Source of the DNA: a virus | Lineage: Duplodnaviria; Heunggongvirae; Uroviricota; Caudoviricetes | Virus record (IMG/VR): IMGVR_UViG_648276671_000015 | DNA: 11,195 bases | Direction: 5' to 3' (one strand) | The notes under the pieces: generated by a model | What the model saw: the letters and a program-made list of their open reading frames with translations, nothing else | Told to the model about the DNA's origin: nothing | Databases searched by the model: none | Shown here: one piece after another, positions 8,033 to 11,195 of the stretch | Numbering within the stretch: the first letter of the stretch is position 1 | Layout: each line of letters opens with the position of its first letter | Program-made: the position numbers and the translations under genes

Positions 8033-8122
8033 TTCTTCGCAATGGAGAACTTTTAAGTTTGCAAAATGGAATAATGCGGTATCATTATTGTGAATTTAGC
8101 AAAAATGGGGAGAACTCGAAAA

Positions 8123-8341
8123 ATGATGATTTGCCCACTATGTGGAAGTGCCGCCCATACTCGCAGCAGTTTTCAGGTATCTTCATTGACCAAAGAGCGT
8201 TACAACCAGTGCCAGAACATTAACTGCAGCCATACTTTTGTTACCCATGAAACTTTTGTTCGTTCGATTGCAACGCCAAAAGAGTCAAATCCGGTTCAGC
8301 CGCATCCAATGAAATCAGGACAGGTGGCGCTCTCTCTTTGA
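8123..8341 (+). CDS. ogr: Ogr-type zinc-finger late-gene transcriptional activator (72 aa)
   Basis: MMICPLCGSAAHTR...YNQCQNINCSHTF has the C-x2-C...C-x4-C zinc-binding pattern and the size of P2 Ogr (72 aa). The tracked ORF start at 8090 is an upstream extension; the ATG at 8123 has GGGGA about 11 nt upstream. Confidence 0.85.
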   Translation: MMICPLCGSAAHTRSSFQVSSLTKERYNQCQNINCSHTFVTHETFVRSIATPKESNPVQPHPMKSGQVALSL

Positions 8342-8576
8342 CGCTGCCGCCATTTTGTCGCCATCGTTAAAAAACAGTGCTTCTAACATCATGATTTTAA
8401 AAGGCATAAATTTTAGGCAACAAAAAACCCACCAACCTTGAACCGAAATGGCGGGGTTGATGGGCTCCACAAAATGGGGACATCAAAGAAAAGCAGTGGC
8501 ATTAATTAAGACTGATGCCCTGCGGAAAAGTTCTGCGGTTGTGCAAAAAAATTTCATTTTCAGGGCAACTTCAGTT

Positions 8577-10262
8577 TTATCCTAATCCTGGCCATACCAT
8601 GACGATGATTGTCCCTGCCAGCGTCAGCAGGACGTTGGCGATTGCGTAAGTGCCCGCATAGCCCAACGCCGGGATGTTACTGCGAGCTGTATCACTGATG
8701 ATCTCCATTGCCGGCGCGCAGGTGCGTGCGCCCATCATTGCGCCGAACAACAGTGCGCGGTTCATTCGCAATACATAAGCACCGAACAAGAAACAGATAA
8801 CCACGGGCACCAGACTGACAATCAATCCGGCAATCAACATTTGACCGCCAATCGCGCCCAGGCCGTTATTAATACCGCTACCAGCGCTCAGACCAACGCC
8901 TGCCATAAACACCATCAAGCCGAACTCCTTCACCATGCTTAATGCACCCTGCGGAATGTAACCGAAGGTCGGGTGGTTAGCACGCATAAAGCCCAGCATA
9001 ATTCCGGCGAATAACAACCCGGCAGCGTTCCCCATACCGAAACTGAATGTGCTGAACTGGAAGGTGATCATCCCGATCATTAGCCCAATCACAAAGAAGG
9101 CGCAGAATGCCAGCAAGTCAGTGACCTGGCTGTGAATCGAGATAAAGCCGATGCGATCGGCGATGGTTTTTACGCGGCGGGCATCGCCGCTGACTTGTAA
9201 AACGTCACCTTTGTTAAGCACGACGTTGTCATCAATCGGCATCTCAATCTGGCTACGTATGACGCGGTTAAGGAAGCAACCGTGATCGGTCAACTTCAGT
9301 TGTGCCAGGCGTTTGCCAACAGCGTTATGGTTTTTAACGACCACTTCTTCAGTGACGATACGCATGTCGAGAAGGTCACGATCGAAAACTTCTTTGCCAT
9401 TACGGAAACTGGGATCGAGTCGGGCGTGGGCGTCGGGGTAGCCTACCAACGCTATTTCATCGCCCATTTGTAGCACGGCATCACCGTCTGGATTTGCCAG
9501 AATCCCGTTACGCCGAATACGTTCAATGTAGCAGCCGGTTTGTCGATAAATACCCAGTTCACGCAGATTTTTGCCGTCGGTCCAGGCTACCAGCTCCGGG
9601 CCGACGCGGTAGGCGCGGATCACCGGCAAATAAACTTTACGGTTGGCATCTGTGTCCAGGCCACGTTCGCGGGCGATTTGCTGGGCGCTGGTCTGTAAGT
9701 CCTGATGCTGCAATTTCGGCAAGTAACGCGCACCAACAATCAAACTCACCAGACCGATTAAATAGGTTAAGGCATACCCGAGGCTCAGATTATCCAGTGC
9801 CAGTGAGAGCTGCCTGCTTTCCATGCCGGAATGACGCAGTGTATCGCCAGCACCGACCAAAACCGGTGTTGACGTCATAGAGCCTGCTAACATACCGGCC
9901 GTCAGGCCAATATCCCAGCCAAACAGCTTACCTAACCCTAAGGCGATCACCAGCGCACTGCCAACCATCACCAGTGCTAACATTAGGTAATTTTTCCCAT
10001 CGCGAAAAAAAATGGAAAAAAAGTTCGGTCCGGCTTCGACCCCGACGCAGAAAATAAACAGCATAAAGCCAAGATTAAGCGCGTCGGTGTTAATGCTGAA
10101 ATGTTGTTGGCCTAATAACAGCGATACGACTAAAACGCCAATGGAATTACCCAGTTGGATCGAACCAAGTCGTAATTTCCCGAGACATAGCCCAAGCGCG
10201 AGGACCACAAATAATAACAGAATGTAATTCCCATTTAACAATTCGGCGACGTTTATATTCAC
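8577..10262 (-). CDS. ybjL: YbjL, putative AAE-family transporter (561 aa; two transmembrane halves flanking cytoplasmic TrkA-C-like domains), GTG start
   Basis: Full-length 561-aa membrane protein matching E. coli YbjL in length and sequence as I recall it; gene neighbourhood (ybjL-ybjM-grxA) is the conserved E. coli arrangement. Confidence 0.9.
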
Positions 10263-10531
10263 GGAGGCTAACTTCTTGTTTACTAGTAAGCTGTTGAAAG
10301 AAATGGTAATTTACGATAATGTTTTTTACCAGAATTCAGGGCGCAGATTCATTCAGCGCACCTAAACGATAGTAAAGTAACAATATATTTTACTAGTGTA
10401 ATCACATTAGGTATCAACGGCTATATGAATTGCGTTGGCCTATATTAGCATGGAATGCGAAGCGGCTTTATCTTACTGAACGCCACACTGGCGAAAAATG
10501 TGTTCGATAGACGCAGTGTCAGGAGGAACGA

Positions 10532-10908
10532 GTGAAACATAAACAACGTTGGGCGGGGGCAATCTGCTGTTTTGTCCTCTTCATTGTGGTGTGCCTTTTT
10601 CTGGCGACGCATATGAAAGGCGCTTTTCGGGCTGCCGGGCATCCTGAAATCGGCTTGCTGTTTTTCATTCTTCCTGGAGCAGTTGCCAGCTTCTTTTCAC
10701 AGCGTAGAGAAGTCCTGAAACCTCTGTTTGGCGCAATGCTGGCGGCACCCTGTTCAATGCTTATTATGCGGCTGTTTTTTCACCGACGCGCTCATTCTGG
10801 CAAGAGCTGGCATGGTTATTAAGTGCGGTGTTCTGGTGTGCGCTGGGGGCACTGTGTTTCTTATTTATCAGTAGTTTGTTTAAACCACAGCACAGAAAAA
10901 ATCAATAA
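10532..10908 (+). pseudogene. ybjM: ybjM inner-membrane protein, frame broken by an apparent 1-bp loss in a T6 run (10775-10780); tracked ORF ends early at 10822 (96 aa)
   Basis: GTG start with AGGAGGA Shine-Dalgarno. After the T-run, the +1 frame reads SPTRSFWQELAWLLSAVFWCALGALCFLFISSLFKPQHRKNQ* and ends at 10906-10908 directly before the terminator hairpin. Adding one T gives exactly 125 aa plus stop, the length I recall for E. coli YbjM. Confidence 0.7.
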
Positions 10909-10927
10909 AGCCCTCAACGCGAGGGCT
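10909..10927 (-). terminator. Rho-independent terminator hairpin for grxA, shared by convergent ybjM
   Basis: AGCCCTC-AACGC-GAGGGCT, a 7-bp stem with 5-nt loop, 10 nt past the grxA stop; on the minus strand it is followed by a U-rich tract (plus 10895-10908 is A-rich). Confidence 0.65.
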
Positions 10928-10937
10928 TGTCAGACGA

Positions 10938-11195
10938 TCAGGCGTCCAGATTCTCTTTCACCCATGCAGCAAAATCGGTATAGCCGCCGATATGTTGCTG
11001 ATCGACAAAAATCTGCGGCACGGTTTCTACGGGTTTACCTGCCTTTTGTTGTAGATCTTCTTTAGTGATCCCTTCCGCACGAATATCAACATACTGATAC
11101 TGAAAATCATCGCGTTCATTGCTCAATTTCTCAGCCAGATCTTTTGCACGCACACAGTAAGGGCAACCCGGACGACCAAAAATAACGGTTTGCAT
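10938..11195 (-). CDS. grxA: Glutaredoxin 1 (85 aa), complete; the window ends on its start codon
   Basis: MQTVIFGRPGCPYCVRAKDLAEKL... has the CPYC glutaredoxin active site and the exact length of E. coli GrxA. Confidence 0.95.
   Translation of the reverse strand: MQTVIFGRPGCPYCVRAKDLAEKLSNERDDFQYQYVDIRAEGITKEDLQQKAGKPVETVPQIFVDQQHIGGYTDFAAWVKENLDA

Larger units (their letters stand above)
1..8450 (+). mobile_element. P2-like prophage, right arm (tail module to ogr); left end lies outside the window, right boundary somewhere in 8342-8576
   Basis: Contiguous genes in P2 order (FI-FII-E/E'-T-U-D-ogr), with ogr as the last phage gene before the host gene ybjL, as expected at the attR side of a P2-type prophage. 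Exact end not determinable without a prophage-free reference. Confidence 0.75.

Noticed and set aside
8029-8223. 64-aa plus-strand ORF overlapping the ogr promoter and 5' end, and the 8090-8122 extension of the ogr ORF
   Set aside because: Ogr homologues are about 72 aa starting at the Cys-x2-Cys finger; the ATG at 8123 gives exactly that. The 64-aa ORF is in another frame across the same DNA.
8342-8576. Possible tRNA or tmRNA 3' fragment as integration target
   Set aside because: No T-arm (GGTTCGAAT-like) or acceptor-stem/CCA pattern on either strand; the GGTTCAAGG string does not fold into a T-arm.
8448-8585. About 45-codon plus-strand ORF in the ogr-ybjL junction region
   Set aside because: No Shine-Dalgarno sequence, overlaps the ybjL stop and the predicted hairpin; too short and unsupported to call.
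9282-10227. Three plus-strand ORFs inside ybjL (9282-9473, 9494-9880, 10012-10227)
   Set aside because: Antisense to a full-length conserved transporter gene; Arg/Pro-rich translations.
10445-10642. 65-aa minus-strand ORF overlapping the ybjM start
   Set aside because: Overlaps the ybjM Shine-Dalgarno and N-terminus on the opposite strand; no support.
10823-11065. 80-aa plus-strand ORF beginning right after the premature ybjM stop
   Set aside because: Same frame as the broken ybjM tail and antisense to grxA; it results from the frameshift plus an open antisense frame.

Overview
The window covers the right arm of a P2-like prophage (about 1-8.4 kb) joined to conserved Escherichia coli chromosome (ybjL, ybjM, grxA). 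The phage part reads, left to right: the start of a silent, inverted tail-fibre variable cassette on the minus strand, a 26-bp gix/hix-type crossover site, a Pin/Gin-family serine DNA invertase, then the P2 tail operon in canonical order (FI sheath, FII tube, E and E+E' chaperone with a TTTTTTG slippery site, T tape measure, U, D) and the late activator ogr. The prophage-host junction lies in the 235-bp gap between ogr and the 3' end of ybjL. Two genes are broken by 1-bp losses in homopolymer runs: the tail sheath FI (A6 at 1520-1525) and host ybjM (T6 at 10775-10780). Two such events in 11 kb could be real pseudogenisation or homopolymer sequencing error, and only read-level data can tell. 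I found no tRNA, rRNA, CRISPR array or IS element. All homology calls are from recalled protein families, not from a database search. The most notable feature is the Mu-G-segment-like invertible host-range switch inside a P2-type tail module, since P2 itself has no invertase; related arrangements are known, so it is notable rather than new.
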